64,000 bases of DNA from Octopus sinensis (Eukaryota): the NCBI RefSeq assembly GCF_006345805.1, contig NC_043011.1:33616464-33680463 (forward strand), read 5' to 3'. The notes under the pieces were generated by a model. That model was not told the DNA's origin, did no database searches, and saw only the letters and a list, made by a program, of their open reading frames with translations. The position numbers and the translations under genes are program-made. Of the stretch, positions 1-36,312 are shown piece by piece. Each line of letters starts with the position of its first letter. The stretch's first letter is position 1.

Positions 1-42
1 AATATCTGTACACCACTTCAAACACTCTATACATATACATTT

Positions 43-73
<31 letters not shown>

Positions 74-378
74 GATATATATAATATATGTGTGTGTGTG
101 TGTGTGTATGTGTGTGTGTGTGTTGTGTGGTGTATCAAAAGGAAATGGAGTGTTAAATACTATTCCACATATACAAAAACACCCATAATAACAATCCATC
201 ATCAGCCGCCCCACGGATGTCATTGTTATTTCGACACCTGGGCAGTACCATTCAACAAAAATGTGTTTGTTTTAGGACAAACAAACACCGAACCCACAAC
301 TTTCAAACACATTTACCTTATGTACAACACTATCGGTAAATAAATTCAATAAGTAAGTAACTATAGCCAACTCCTAAA

Positions 379-457
<79 letters not shown>

Positions 458-484
458 TTCTCTCTCTCTCTCGATATATATATA

Positions 485-536
<52 letters not shown>

Positions 537-540
537 TATA
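379..540. repeat. Compound microsatellite (TATC)n-(TC)n-(TA)n
   Basis: Direct inspection. Confidence 0.95.
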
Positions 541-1037
541 TGTGTATATGTATATTTATATATATAACGGGAAGCTTTATGAAAATAAACAAAAGACGAA
601 GGCAGGTGGAGTACAAACAAACAATTGTATTAGTATGGCGCTCAGGAATATAAATAAAACATATATATATATATACAAACCTAAGCTTGCATATATGTGT
701 GTGTGTATATGTACGTATGTGTGTGTATGTCTGTGTGTTTAAGACGGTGCTCCAGCATAGCCGCAGTCAAATGACTGAAACAAGGAAAAATTAAACGAAT
801 GTATTTATACACACACAAACACAAACACACACTCACTCACAAACACACACACACGCACGCACACACACTCACAACACACACACACACACACGTCGCTTGT
901 ATACATTCGTTCAGTTACCAAAAGGAGCGCTTGCAATGAAAGAAACTTGTAATGTAATCTTGTAATCTTTCCTTCATTATTTGCGTTTATATTAAAACCT
1001 CTCTTATCCTCTCTCTCACTCTCTCTCCTCCAATCAG

Positions 1038-1082
1038 GCATAGAAACAACGTTTACACGAGCAATTGAAACAAGAACCAAAC
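1038..1082 (+). other. 5' UTR part of the first coding exon, implying an upstream non-coding exon
   Basis: Long CT-rich polypyrimidine tract ending caatcAG at 1036-1037, 45 nt before the ATG. Confidence 0.55.
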
Positions 1083-22284
<21,202 letters not shown>

Positions 22285-22379
22285 TGCAGTCGACATACGT
22301 TCAATTCCACTACACCAACAATCTTGTGAAATGTCAACCTCTGCTAAGAATACCAGCACTCTAAGAACAGAGAAAGATT

Positions 22380-24800
<2,421 letters not shown>

Positions 24801-25690
24801 GTATATAATAGTTGTGTCCATTTACTCTTCAGCTATCTGTATATAAAATATACATATATTCACGCACACATGCGTATATTCTTACACCAACATACGTACA
24901 CTTATACACACTTCCTATCACTGAATATTCTTATATATATATAGCCACCGTACACGTAAAAAAAAATTTCCTTTTTGTCACCCACCTACCCACCCCCACG
25001 AAACCTTATTTATTTTTGACATATTATTTCAACCTATTTCCAAATAATCATTTTCACATATTTATTTTCATGTAATTAATTAATTATAGAAAGAAATTAT
25101 CTTTTGTTTTTTTATTAAATCGAGTAATTTTACGAAATTCACAAAATTTTATTTTTTCTTGTTTTCTTTTCTCCATTTTTTTTTTGGGTGTTTTGTATAT
25201 TTTTCTTATTATTTCTTTTTATATGATTATTATTGTTATTGTTGATTGGTGGTTTTTGGTTGGTTTTGTTTTGTTTTGTTTTTCCAGTTGAAAACAATGT
25301 TGTAGTTCTTATTGTTATTGTCATAATCAGACAAGGCAACGAGCTGGCAGAATCGTTACTGCGCCGAACACGATGCTCGGCAGCTTATATTTTCTGAATT
25401 GCATTCCGAATTGAAACCCTATCGAGGTCGATTTTGCCTTTCATCCGTTCGGCGCTGATAAAATAAAATGCATCTCAAGTACTAGGGTCGTCGTAAGTGG
25501 TTTTCCCCTTTTCCCTAAATTTGTTAACCTTGTACCAAATTTTTAAAACAATTGTTACAAATAAAGAAAAGAAAGGTCAAGCCTTGCTAGAGTCCTAAGG
25601 ACACCGTCGTAACGTACGGTGTGTCTTGGGTACTTTTGGACTTGGCGGAGTCCATGACTGTCCAGCTGTAATCACAACCGATATCTTGCA

Positions 25691-25740
<50 letters not shown>

Positions 25741-25742
<2 letters not shown>

Positions 25743-25961
25743 GCGAGCTGGCAGAAGGCGTTAGCACGCCGGGCGAAATGCCTGGCGGTATTTCGTCTGT
25801 CCTTATGTTCTGAGTTCAAATTCCGCCGAGCTCGACTTTGCCTTTCATCCTTTCGGGGTCGATTAAATAAGCACCAGTTACGCACTGGGGTCGATATAAT
25901 CGACGTAATCCGTTTGTCTGTCCTTGTTTGTCCCCTCTGTGTGTAGCCCCTTGTGGCAGTA

Positions 25962-25965
<4 letters not shown>
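25741..25965 (+). mobile_element. SINE A (long-tail form) flanked on both sides by (AAAG)n
   Basis: Family A consensus. Confidence 0.9.
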
Positions 25966-26025
<60 letters not shown>

Positions 26026-26039
26026 ATGAATTAACTTCA

Positions 26040-26190
26040 GTACAGCACCGGCACTGTTTTTTTTTTTTATCGATCCCGAAGGAATGAAATGTAAAATTGA
26101 CCTCAGCAGAATTTGAACTCAGAACGCCATAATGCTTACCGCAAGGCAATCTATCCGCCCTTATTCCAACTCCAACGATTCTGCCGAGTT
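26040..26190 (-). mobile_element. SINE A fragment inverted relative to 25741-25965
   Basis: aatttgaactcagaacg and ttgacctc are the reverse complement of the family A core. Confidence 0.75.
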
Positions 26191-27817
26191 GACATCGGTG
26201 AGAATTGAATTCAGGTCGCTGGAATAATTACCGCACAGCAATTTATCCGACGCTCTAATGATCCTACCAATTGACCGCCTAAATAAGAAAAAAAGGATCA
26301 GCAGTATTTTTATGTATACACAGTGTACACATAAAAAGTCTTGATTAATCGCAGTGTCCATCGCTTGCTGGGGAAGAAAAACAAAGACCTAGTGACTACT
26401 GTTAAAGCTCTCAAAAAAATAAATAAACGGAGGGCTGAGATAATTTCAAGAAACCAAGTATTAATTTCTAAATTAATTCAGATGCTCCGACAAAAAGGAC
26501 GATGTTTGTTTACATGTAAGGGAGAGCTCTGGACATTTTTCGCTCAATTAAACCTCGTCACCACAGTAGAGTCTAACCAAGCCTGCAGGCCATTCATTAG
26601 ATTTTTTCATACAGAAGATAAAAGCAACGAATAATTTTTTGGCCAAAATAGTTTCGATAATTCATGGCGCTCATTGTTAATATTAGTTTTTCCTGGTTCA
26701 AGGAAAAATTTGAGCGCAAACCCACAAGTTAACGAAACATTTGTCAACAAAATCCTTAGAATAGTTGGCATAACTGGTCCTGCTGTATTTACTTGCTGAC
26801 CTTTTACGCTGTACGTTCAAATTCCGTGGTGATCACCCTTTCGATGTCAATAAAACAAAGTAGCAGTCAAGTACTGGAGCTAATTTACTTGACGGTTATC
26901 TCCCAAAATTTCGATCTTCTGGTACCTGTTTCAAATCAGTTATACTGAGCTTCCGAAGGCCCTGAAAGCTCTTCTTTAAAATATTTTCTCCAAAATATTT
27001 CTTCTTTGATTTAGCATGTATTTACAACTAAGGTGAATGAATCACTGATAGTTTAAGTATTTATATGGAGACAATACGAACTGCCAAACTTTTGATCAGA
27101 AGAGCAGTAATTCATCTTAATGTAACTAACTGTGAATCTAGTCACATGTCTCTATGGTTAAGAAGCTTATTTCACAACTCTGTGGCCCCACTAAGGTTAA
27201 ATTAGGTAACCACGGACCGAACAAAGCCTTGTACGTAAAATTAGATCAATGGAAACAGAAAGGAAACTTGTTGCATCAAATGAACAAGTCTTTGGATGGT
27301 CGGCTTAATTTGGTGCTCTGTTTGATAATACTATCTCAACCTTGGGTGCCTCTCACAGAATATATTCTGTTGCAAACGTCTTCTCCAGTCTATGAAAACT
27401 CCATATCTTGATGTGTCATTTCCTCCTCCTTCCCATCCTACTTTCATTCTTTCTTTCAACCCACGAGTCATGGTTTCTTCCTGCCTTTCCTCTTAACATC
27501 CCTGGAAGCTCTAGAAAAGGTCATGGACGCTACTTTTTCTCCTCCAAGCGATAAAACATAGCCATGAGTGAATAACATGACAAATATGAAAGAATGAAAC
27601 AAAATCCACACACTTTAGAACAGAAATGATATTCAATGCTCTATAGTTTTGGATATCGTTTTCTGACATTTATGATTTCTTTTCATTTTCCGGACGAAAC
27701 TACGCGAAACTTCTCAGGAACAAAACACTTGAATGTTGATGCTTCATTACGTTTTATGCCTAACTATTCATCGAATGTTTAACTGAGATGGCAAAACTTT
27801 GTTAAAATTGGAGAAAA

Positions 27818-27863
<46 letters not shown>

Positions 27864-29321
27864 TTTATTGCAGAACAAGTAAGTTTTCCACTTCATATAT
27901 GTCCGCAAGGTAACTTGATAAATTTATCTCTCAATTCAATATCTATTAACGATTCAATATGTCTGTCATGTTACCTTAGCGCTATGTCGTTTATAGCAAT
28001 TTTACTGATAGTCTTGTGTTGGCGAGGTGGAGGCGTATGTAAGGTACTGGGGAAATAGACTCTTTAAGAAAAGGAACTTAATCTGGTTTCTTCCTTTTGC
28101 TACAGTTTTCTGAGTTACTCGTCGTAGAAATGTGTCGTGCATTACAGTCGAAGATATCTGCTAGCTTATCTCAACCTCATCACTCTTCCTCAATAAGAAC
28201 GTTGAATCTATCTTGAGTTTTATTCATATGAAGATTTAGACACTGCACAACAAGTTAATGTAACATTTATTATCATACTGTCAGGAATATAATATATCTT
28301 GTTTGTAGTGAGGCCGACTAGTGATATATGGGTAAGATTTAACTAATATACTCAAGGTATATACCGTAATAAGAAAAACATTATCAGCGTTAATGACTAG
28401 TTTTGTCAAAGTATACAAGGGAAAGAACTCTGAAATTTAAATTGATTAAGAATTAAATGGAAACAAGGAAGCGATAAGTGAGTCTAGTCTTTGAATGCTT
28501 GTGAAGAGGGATATAGTTTTGTGTGAGAAATTATCCAGTAATTAAACAATTCAGGACTAAAAAACTGGAAATTTTACCAGGAATGCCATCTGCTTGAAGA
28601 ACATGTAGTCAAGTGTGGGCTAACATCCTTAATGCCGCGAACCAAGAGATGTACCTTTGCTCTGATCCGAGTAAATATGTTAAAAGACTGAGAACAGATG
28701 TAACACGCGGATCCCATTTGAACCGGCAATAGGTGGAAGGCCTAATGCAAAAGATATGCATTCATTTAAATCTACGCCTTAAGCATTTTAGTAAACAGTG
28801 TTGAATACATTTGATTTATGTATGCGTTAGAGTTAGGACAGAATAAAAGAACTAGAGCAATTTAGAAAAAGTATATAATTCTTTAACAATGGGTACTTTT
28901 GGGGCGTCTTACAAGAGTAATAGGTCTCTTCAGAATCATAAACCCATGCCAGCTAATCTATCTGCCCCACTTCTGATCTGCCCTGCTTTCGCCACGGATA
29001 CACTCTTCCATCATTTAGCTAGTACATCATTAGTCTCAAGACTCATTCAGTCGTTCTCACTTCGAGCAGGACACGTTACAATTATTTTTATCTTCACTTC
29101 GTCAGAGCTGAAAAAGCTTGGATTTAATATTTGTCTTTTAAGATGTAAATTGTCGATATGAAATCCTTCATTGTCAAATAAGACGTCCGTCTGACGATTG
29201 ATGCCTCTGTATAATGAGTTTAGTGTGGAAAGCCCAGCACATGAAAGATCATAACTGAAACCTCTGCCATTGTCTTCACATCTTCTAGAGCATCCTTTTC
29301 CATTTTCTGAGATTTCCTTGA

Positions 29322-29630
29322 AGCATGGCTCAGTGGTTAAAGCGTCGGGCTCACAATCATGAGGTTGTGTTCGATTCCCAGGTCAGATTGTCGGTTGTGT
29401 TCTTGAGCAAGAAACTTTATTTCACGTTGCTCCAGTTCACTCAGTTGTAGAAATGAGTTGTGACGTCACTGGTGCCAAACTGTGCCGGTCTTTGCCTTTC
29501 CCTAAGAGAACACCAGTGGCGTGGGGAGGGGAGACTGGTATGCATGAGTGACTGCTGGTATTCCACAAAAAGAACCTTGCCCGGAATTGTGTTTCGCGAG
29601 GGAACTTTCCAAGTGCAATCCCATGGTCAT
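29322..29630 (+). mobile_element. tRNA-derived SINE family C
   Basis: Head gcatggctcagtggttaaagcgtcgggctcacaatcatgagg, core gttcttgagcaag...tttatttcacgttgctccagt; second copy at 53594-53895. Confidence 0.75.
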
Positions 29631-29689
29631 CCTATGCCTAACACCTCCCTCACTATTGTATACGACTTCCTTTTCCCACTGACTGAAAC

Positions 29690-29965
29690 TTCATTGTCTA
29701 AGAGACTCCTTTTTCTATTTTCTGATACTCTTCTTGTCTAGTAATCTGAAAATGCCCACTTTTTCTTATTTTCTAAGACTTTCTTTTTCCCATTGTCTGA
29801 GAATCCCTTTTGCCCATTGTCTAAAACTCTTTTACTGTTGTCTGAGACTTTCTTTTCCCATTATCTGAGACATCGCTTTCTTGTTGTCTGAGGCCCCTCT
29901 CTTTTCATTGTTTTTAGACTCACCTTTTCCAAAAACTGGGACACCTGTTGTCTGAGGCACCCGCT
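29690..29965. repeat. Degenerate minisatellite, ~22-bp unit ccattgtctgagact(t)cttttt
   Basis: Recurring ttgtctgaga / ttgtctaa at roughly regular spacing. Confidence 0.7.
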
Positions 29966-30569
29966 TTCCCATTATATGATGGAAGATTTTAAAACATCTC
30001 ACAAGTTCACGTTTATACTTTACAATGCATACATGCATCAAGATGGACATCTAAGAGTCAATTATCCGAACTACGAACATAAGACAATACCAGTGAGAGG
30101 ATATACATCACTCACCACTCGTTCGGTTGTGCATTCCCCTACTAACTTCGCCATCCACGCTTTCAGTCTGCAAATAACCGCTGATTATTTGTTGGCCGAT
30201 TAATGTGTGCTTATCTAGTTTTTCAGTGTCTGGGAGAAAATCACATCCCAAATCTAAAATACATCACAAATCTAAAACACCCACAGCTTTTGATAAGCTG
30301 TCTCGTCATAAAAGATTGCGTAAGGTTAGTCTTATGTAACCATTTTGTAACCGTCACAGAAACACGTGTAAAGACGTTTATAAGTAAATAATTTCAAATA
30401 ATATTCTTAGTATCCTTACTCTGTGACCATTATACCCAGCAAACCTGTAACATGAAATTTCGCTATTTCACTATATCGCTATAATAATACAAACTTCCTT
30501 CCTAGGCATCTGTTTTACAGTAACATGTATTATGTGAAATTCTAGCTCAATGGTTATGCAACTCTAATA

Positions 30570-30647
<78 letters not shown>

Positions 30648-30649
30648 GC

Positions 30650-31310
30650 ATTAAAACATTCGGACAAATAGACGATACAAAGGCGGACAAGAGAGACAAC
30701 AATTAGGAAGACAGGCAAAAAAAGACGGGTCATTCGTGGCTTTCTTTCCTCAGTCAAGTACCAGAAGTCACGATCATTTCGGGCAGTTACACTTGAGATG
30801 GTTCGATCTAGTTGCCCCCCAAAAAGTCTAAGCTAAGAGCACTAGACCCCTTTGTAAGAAATCTAGCGAATGTGTACGGCAACAAAGACAAAAAAATGAA
30901 AAACAAACAAACAAGAAAAACGGAGAACATGGTGCACAATTATAAAAACAAACAAGAATTAACAACAGGTGTCTTTCGACTGAGAACGAATCAAATTGAG
31001 CTGGCGTGTATGAAGTGGAAGCCTAAAGGCAGGAACATAGGAGATGGACATAAGAGGTGTTGGCGGTCGGCAGTCAGGCCAAGAAAGAAAGATCACGGCT
31101 GGCCGGAATAATAAAACTACAAAGACATCACAGAAGCTGTTACTCAGAATTTCACGTTCCGTTCGTCGGACGAACGGGAAAGTGAAACTCTAAGTAATAG
31201 TTTTTGTGATATCTTTGCAGCTTTATTAATAAAGCATATTACTCTACCTCCGGTATTCGTGTACTATTTTCCACCTTGTTTCATATTTATGTGCTTACTC
31301 TAATATATAT
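30650..31310. repeat. Unclassified interspersed-repeat-like segment between two (TA)n tracts, with a 38-bp near-palindrome at 31150-31187
   Basis: Bounded by (TA)n; contains tttcacgttccgttcgtc-g-gacgaacgggaaagtgaaa. Confidence 0.45.
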
Positions 31311-31319
31311 ATATATACG

Positions 31320-31621
31320 ACGACGAGGGTCTCTGATACGATCAACAGAACAGCTTGCTCGTGAAATTAACGTACAAGTGGCTGAGCACTCCACAGACAC
31401 GTGTACCCTTAACGTAGTTCTCAGGGAGATTCAGCAGCATGACACAGAGTGTGACAAGGCTGGCCCTTTGAAATGCAGGTACAACTCATTTTTGCCAGCT
31501 TAGTGGACTGGAGCAACGGGAAATAAAGTGTCTTGCTCAAGGACTCAACGCGTCGTCGGGAATTGAACTCACAACCTTACGATCGTTAGCCGAATGCCCT
31601 AACCACTAAGCCACGCGCCTT

Positions 31622-31622
<1 letters not shown>
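31320..31622 (-). mobile_element. tRNA-derived SINE (family C-related head and core, different tail)
   Basis: Minus strand: aggcgcgtggcttagtggttagggcattcgg...gagttcaattccc...tccttgagcaagacactttatttcccgttgctccagt. Confidence 0.8.
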
Positions 31623-31663
<41 letters not shown>

Positions 31664-31707
31664 AGAGGAAAAACGACAATAAAAACCAAGGCAGGGCGAG
31701 TATCTCA

Positions 31708-32127
31708 AGAATATTTAATTAAGGTGAATTTGAAGTAATCAATTAATTAGCTAATTAATTAATGTCTTACAGCGGTTTCTGGGATATACTAAGTGAGAGG
31801 TTAGCGTCTCCATACACTGAGTATTCCTTCATCAGAGACAAGGTAAGTATGTACGAATGTTCTAGACAGGGAATCGACAGACGTGAACTTTATATCTATT
31901 GTTTTACCCTTCATTCTTCTGTGTACTCTTTTATTCCTTTATAAACTGTGAATTCTCTGTCTAGAACTTTCATACGCACTCACCTTGTCTCTGATAACGG
32001 AATACCCAGTGTATGGAGATGCTAACCTAATACTTGGGATATCCAAGAAACAGCACTAAGACATTCCAATAATTGATTAATTAATTAATAATTAATTACT
32101 TCAAATTCGCCTTACTCTAAATATTCT
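31708..32127. repeat. Long inverted repeat (arms 31708-31874 and 31952-32127, ~77-nt spacer); each arm carries a hammerhead-like fold
   Basis: The arms align as reverse complements (roughly 80% by eye), e.g. ggttagcgtctccatacactgagtattccttcatcagagacaaggt vs accttgtctctgataacggaatacccagtgtatggagatgctaacc. Confidence 0.9.
31763..31840 (-). ncRNA. Type I hammerhead ribozyme fold (left arm of the inverted repeat)
   Basis: UGUCU-CUGAUGA-[GGA.AUACU...AGUAU.UCC stem II]-GAAA-CCGCUG-UA-AGACA: 5-bp stem I, intact core, GUA triplet. Confidence 0.6.
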
Positions 32128-32654
32128 AAATGATTTGAACTAAGCCCTCATGTTCTATATAGATATATATATGGTGAAGATAATATCCACGCAGTAAAGC
32201 GCAGTAAAATATTTTATTTATTTAGTTGGGTTTTTTTTTAGATAAAATGAGGGTTTTTTTTCTACAGGTGTTATGAGATAAATTTATATAGAACTTGGTT
32301 TAATTGCTATGGGCGCCAGATCAATGGATTTTGTCTGAGAATAATAATGCTAACACGATGACACACGTAAATCATGGGAAAAAAGTCAAAGACTACACAA
32401 TGACGCTATGCAAACGATACGGTCTCAGAAATGAACTAAATGAAATTATCTGTGCAATTATTTGATGAAAACTTCCTGTAGAGTATTTTAACTCTAAAGG
32501 CGCCAACCAAGAAAGGTAATTCCAATGATAACAGCCCATCAGAATTTTCGGTAAATTACAACAATGCAAACTAGAGTGCATTTGGTCTTTAAAGTCAACT
32601 GGCGTTAATAACGGACATGTTTCGGTCTTATTAGCTCTATATTATTATTATAAT

Positions 32655-33048
32655 TGAGTGAGAGCAGCACATGCCATCAAAGTGACACTGGGGTAAAATA
32701 TACGAAGCCTATTATACCCATCATGACTACCCATCTGATAGGGTACATCAGGTACATGCATCACAACCATATGTGCACGACAAGGTGATCTCAGATCAAG
32801 ATAAACAGCGCATGACCTTGCAGGTGGGGCTCAGAATTTTCTTCAGGTCGAATAGCTCATCCCGCTCAAAAGGTCCTTAAATAACGGTTGTTTAAGGATG
32901 TTGAAGGAAACACCCATGTAACCAAAGGCGAATTATCCAAACCCCAAAGAATTCCTTTCAACACATGGCTATGATGGTCCCCCATTACTTCTGCTCGTGA
33001 TCAGAAATTCATACATCGTCAGCCACTAAGGGACATGCTCAACTGGTT
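32655..33048. repeat. Unclassified interspersed-repeat-like segment
   Basis: GC-richer block with sharp edges abutting a LINE 3' end. I recall a similar sequence as a common octopus repeat (unverified). Confidence 0.4.
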
Positions 33049-33315
33049 AAGGGCCCACAGCTTTTTAATATTCTCCCAAAAAGTCTGAGGAACTTGCACA
33101 AAGTAGATGTAAGGGTTTTTAAATCAAAGCTGGACCTCTTCCTGTCGAGAGTCCCAGATGAACCTACCTCACGGAAAGAGGTGCAAATGAGGGTAGCTAT
33201 ATCAAACTCGATGCTTCACCAAGTGCCACATATTAGAAGAGGCTCTTAGTAATAACAGTGTAGCAAAACGGCGGTGCATCAACATGGCCACAGCTCTGAG
33301 CTGAAACTAGAGAAG
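33049..33315 (+). mobile_element. 5'-truncated CR1/L2-group LINE (ORF2 C-terminus plus 3' tail)
   Basis: KGPQLFNILPKSLRNLHKVDVRVFKSKLDLFLSRVPDEP...ISNSMLHQ...* (stop 33247-33249). The tail ggcggtgcatcaacatggccacagctctgagctgaaac resembles the SINE B tail. Confidence 0.75.
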
Positions 33316-33699
33316 AAAAATCGTAAACTCAGACCACATCCAGACAAAATACTAAATCTGATTGTCATTTGGGGGTACTTTAAAGTGCTGTGCAGGCGTT
33401 CTATTTTGATAAAATTTCCGTTAATCACTGTTGGTTCTACGATATCCCACGTTTAGTTACAGACGTTCTATAACATGTACAATATTTAAAGATTAACGAA
33501 AGGAAACAGCAAATTATTAAACTCTGAGAAGAGCATAAAATTTATAACTAGGGTTCTCTTTAATCCAAACGTTTAACTGTATCAACTTAAATGGGGCTCG
33601 GTCAGAATTTCTAATTCTTAGTATTCAGGTATTTAACCAACTTGTCACGACTAATTTTAAGCTATTTTGTCGATGCTGCTTATAGTTGAATTAATGAAT

Positions 33700-34330
33700 G
33701 AAAATGTTTCGTGGCTGCGTGAGGTGGTAACAGAACAACACTCGCGAACACTTAACAGACGAATTTGTTGTCGCTCATAAAGACAAACTGCGTTGGTCAT
33801 TTGCAGTTTATAACAGCAAAAATTACAGACTGGGAGAGAGATACTGCTCTGAAATTATTCAATAGAAAGCTATTGGTATGACAACATGCGGTTTACCCAA
33901 CATATTTGCTATCAGCTGCGTCACCTTCGTGACAACGAAGTTTCTTGGTCATTTGTCGGAGCTGTCTGTCTTGATTGTCTTCCTGGATCGCCTGGCTGTT
34001 AAAATGCGCGTCGAACGGTTTTTATAGGGGACCGGAAACCAAATTCTATAATGTTCCAGAAGACCCTGTCCGTGACATCGCTTGGTCGGATAATAGACAT
34101 ATCGTGTGAAATTATGGTGGTTTTCCCGCGATGTTTGATCGCGTATCCAGGGATTCAGTTTCGAATCACCGCTACAGACTCACTGATTTAGCATTAAAGA
34201 GGTTTAGTTAACTTCAGATATGTGTATCCTCGGGCAGAATCACAGGCTCATTGAATCAGCTTCCCAGTGGCTAAGTAAACCACAAACACAGGTACCCTTA
34301 ATGTAATTATCGGGCGGAATCGGAGGCTTA
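33700..34330 (-). promoter_or_regulatory. CpG-enriched non-repetitive island with a candidate minus-strand TATA (34026-34019) and CA initiator about 29 nt downstream
   Basis: Minus strand: ggtcccc-TATAAAAA-ccgttcgacgcgcattttaaCAgcc; many CpGs relative to the flanks. Confidence 0.3.
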
Positions 34331-35032
34331 TTGAATTAGCATTCAAAAACGATAGAATAAGTACATAAGTCCTGAGGCCGATTTCTTCGACTAAAACCCT
34401 TCACGGCCGTGCTCCAGTATGGCCGCGGTCAAATGACTGAAACAAGTTCAAGAATAAAAGAATGTATTCATGATGGGATTCTACACAGTTTCCCTCTACC
34501 TCATTTACTCACAAGGCATTGGTCAGATCAAGGCTATAGTAGAAGTCACTAGGTAAGGTGCCACTGCGCGATGGGAAATAACCCGAAACCAGGTGGCTGC
34601 AAAGCGAACTTCTTAACCACACAGCCACACATCCATACCTACGCCTGTAAACCGAAATATATTTCATTGACCCTGAATAAATGAACGATAAAATCGATTT
34701 TGAAGGTGATTGAACTGGAACACATAACACATCAAACAAATTATCTCAAAATATCTAGTCTCGTAGCTTACCTTCCGTGCTAAGTCTACCGTTCTTTTCA
34801 TATTTCATCAAAGCAATGATAAAGTGTGACAAAACAATACGAAAATATCTCAAAATCGCTCGAGCTTACACTTATTAATGTCACCAGCAGGAAAAAAATA
34901 GTGAAGTGTCTGCTTCTATTTCTATGTTTACTATTTTTGCAACCCAAAGCTTCAATATTTGTGATAAACAGATAAAATATATTTTACTGCGATGTATTCA
35001 CAATGTGTGAATATATGTATGCATGTTTATAC

Positions 35033-35078
<46 letters not shown>

Positions 35079-35240
35079 ATGTATATATAAATGTGTATAT
35101 ATATATGTGTGTGTGTGTGTTTGTGTATGTGTGCGTGTGTGCGTGTGTGAGTGTGTAAATATAAATGTATGTGTGCGTGTGTGTATGTAGACAAACAGAC
35201 AAATAGACATACAGATAGTTATATTGATAAGCAGACAGAC

Positions 35241-35301
<61 letters not shown>

Positions 35302-36312
35302 TATAGATAGATAGATAGATAGATTTTTAGCCAACATTTTGTCTATAGACAGATGTAAACATCTTGTCTTTATATGCCATGTTTCCGTGGGAAGTAAAAA
35401 AAAGGGATCACCTAGACTTGCTTCAGTCTTCTCTGGGGATCTCATGTTCACGGTGTTACGGTTTATAAACCCGGTATTACTAAGAATCTAAGTAAATTAG
35501 TTTGACCTATTTGCATATATAGCGCATTAATTCGGTGAATGAAAAACTTAAATATATTTTGACATTACAAAGTATGACTCTAGGGAAGATAAGAATTCGA
35601 ACACATTCTTTTTCTACTATTGATGGACGTTTTCTCTAATAAGTAGTCAAAAATTAGTGAAACGGTCCGTCAGGAGACTCCTTCTCTCTTTTTGCCGGGC
35701 ATCAAAGGCAGAGAAAGTTTCTGTTTACATCTTTATTTTACCCACATTGAGGTATTGTAATGCTGAAATTTATTTCAGTTCTGATTTCCTTACTTTTGCG
35801 CATAAAATAGATATTGTTTGATTAATAATGAACCGTCAAAAGCACGAATACACAAATTAGTTTGTCTACCATGGAGCTTGCCTAATTTGACTGCTGTATA
35901 TAGCAGCAGGTATATACTATTAACTAAGGAAGAAAGCTGATTGTGTCTTTTCTGAGAAGTGATCAATGAGCCGCGAAACGATCCATTAGGAAACTCCTTT
36001 TTCCAGCACACCAATCGTATAGAAAGAATGTGCATTTACATTATTAATTATCCTACTGTAAAGCTTTGTAATAGTTAAATTATAATATTATTATCTCCTT
36101 AGTTAAAGGTGTTTTTCCTTAGCCTATAACTATTTCTACTAAGCTTATAAAATACGACCTGAATCAAATATATTAACATTAATTTCACTTTCGTTTTCAT
36201 TGTGGGTAACATATTTCAGTAAATACATCTCTAAATATGTTACTTCTCAGTACCTATCACACTTACTCAGAGAGTTCCTCATTTCTATTTTGTAAAGACT
36301 GATGGACTCTAT

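Noticed and set aside
27420-27570. Possible RTE-type LINE C-terminal relic on the minus strand
   Set aside because: Only a faint GYVL...KRKGR resemblance with several stops; not enough support.
29047-29382. ~111-codon stop-free minus-strand frame
   Set aside because: No start codon or polypyrimidine acceptor, runs into a SINE, and no recognisable motif; a few such frames are expected by chance in 64 kb.
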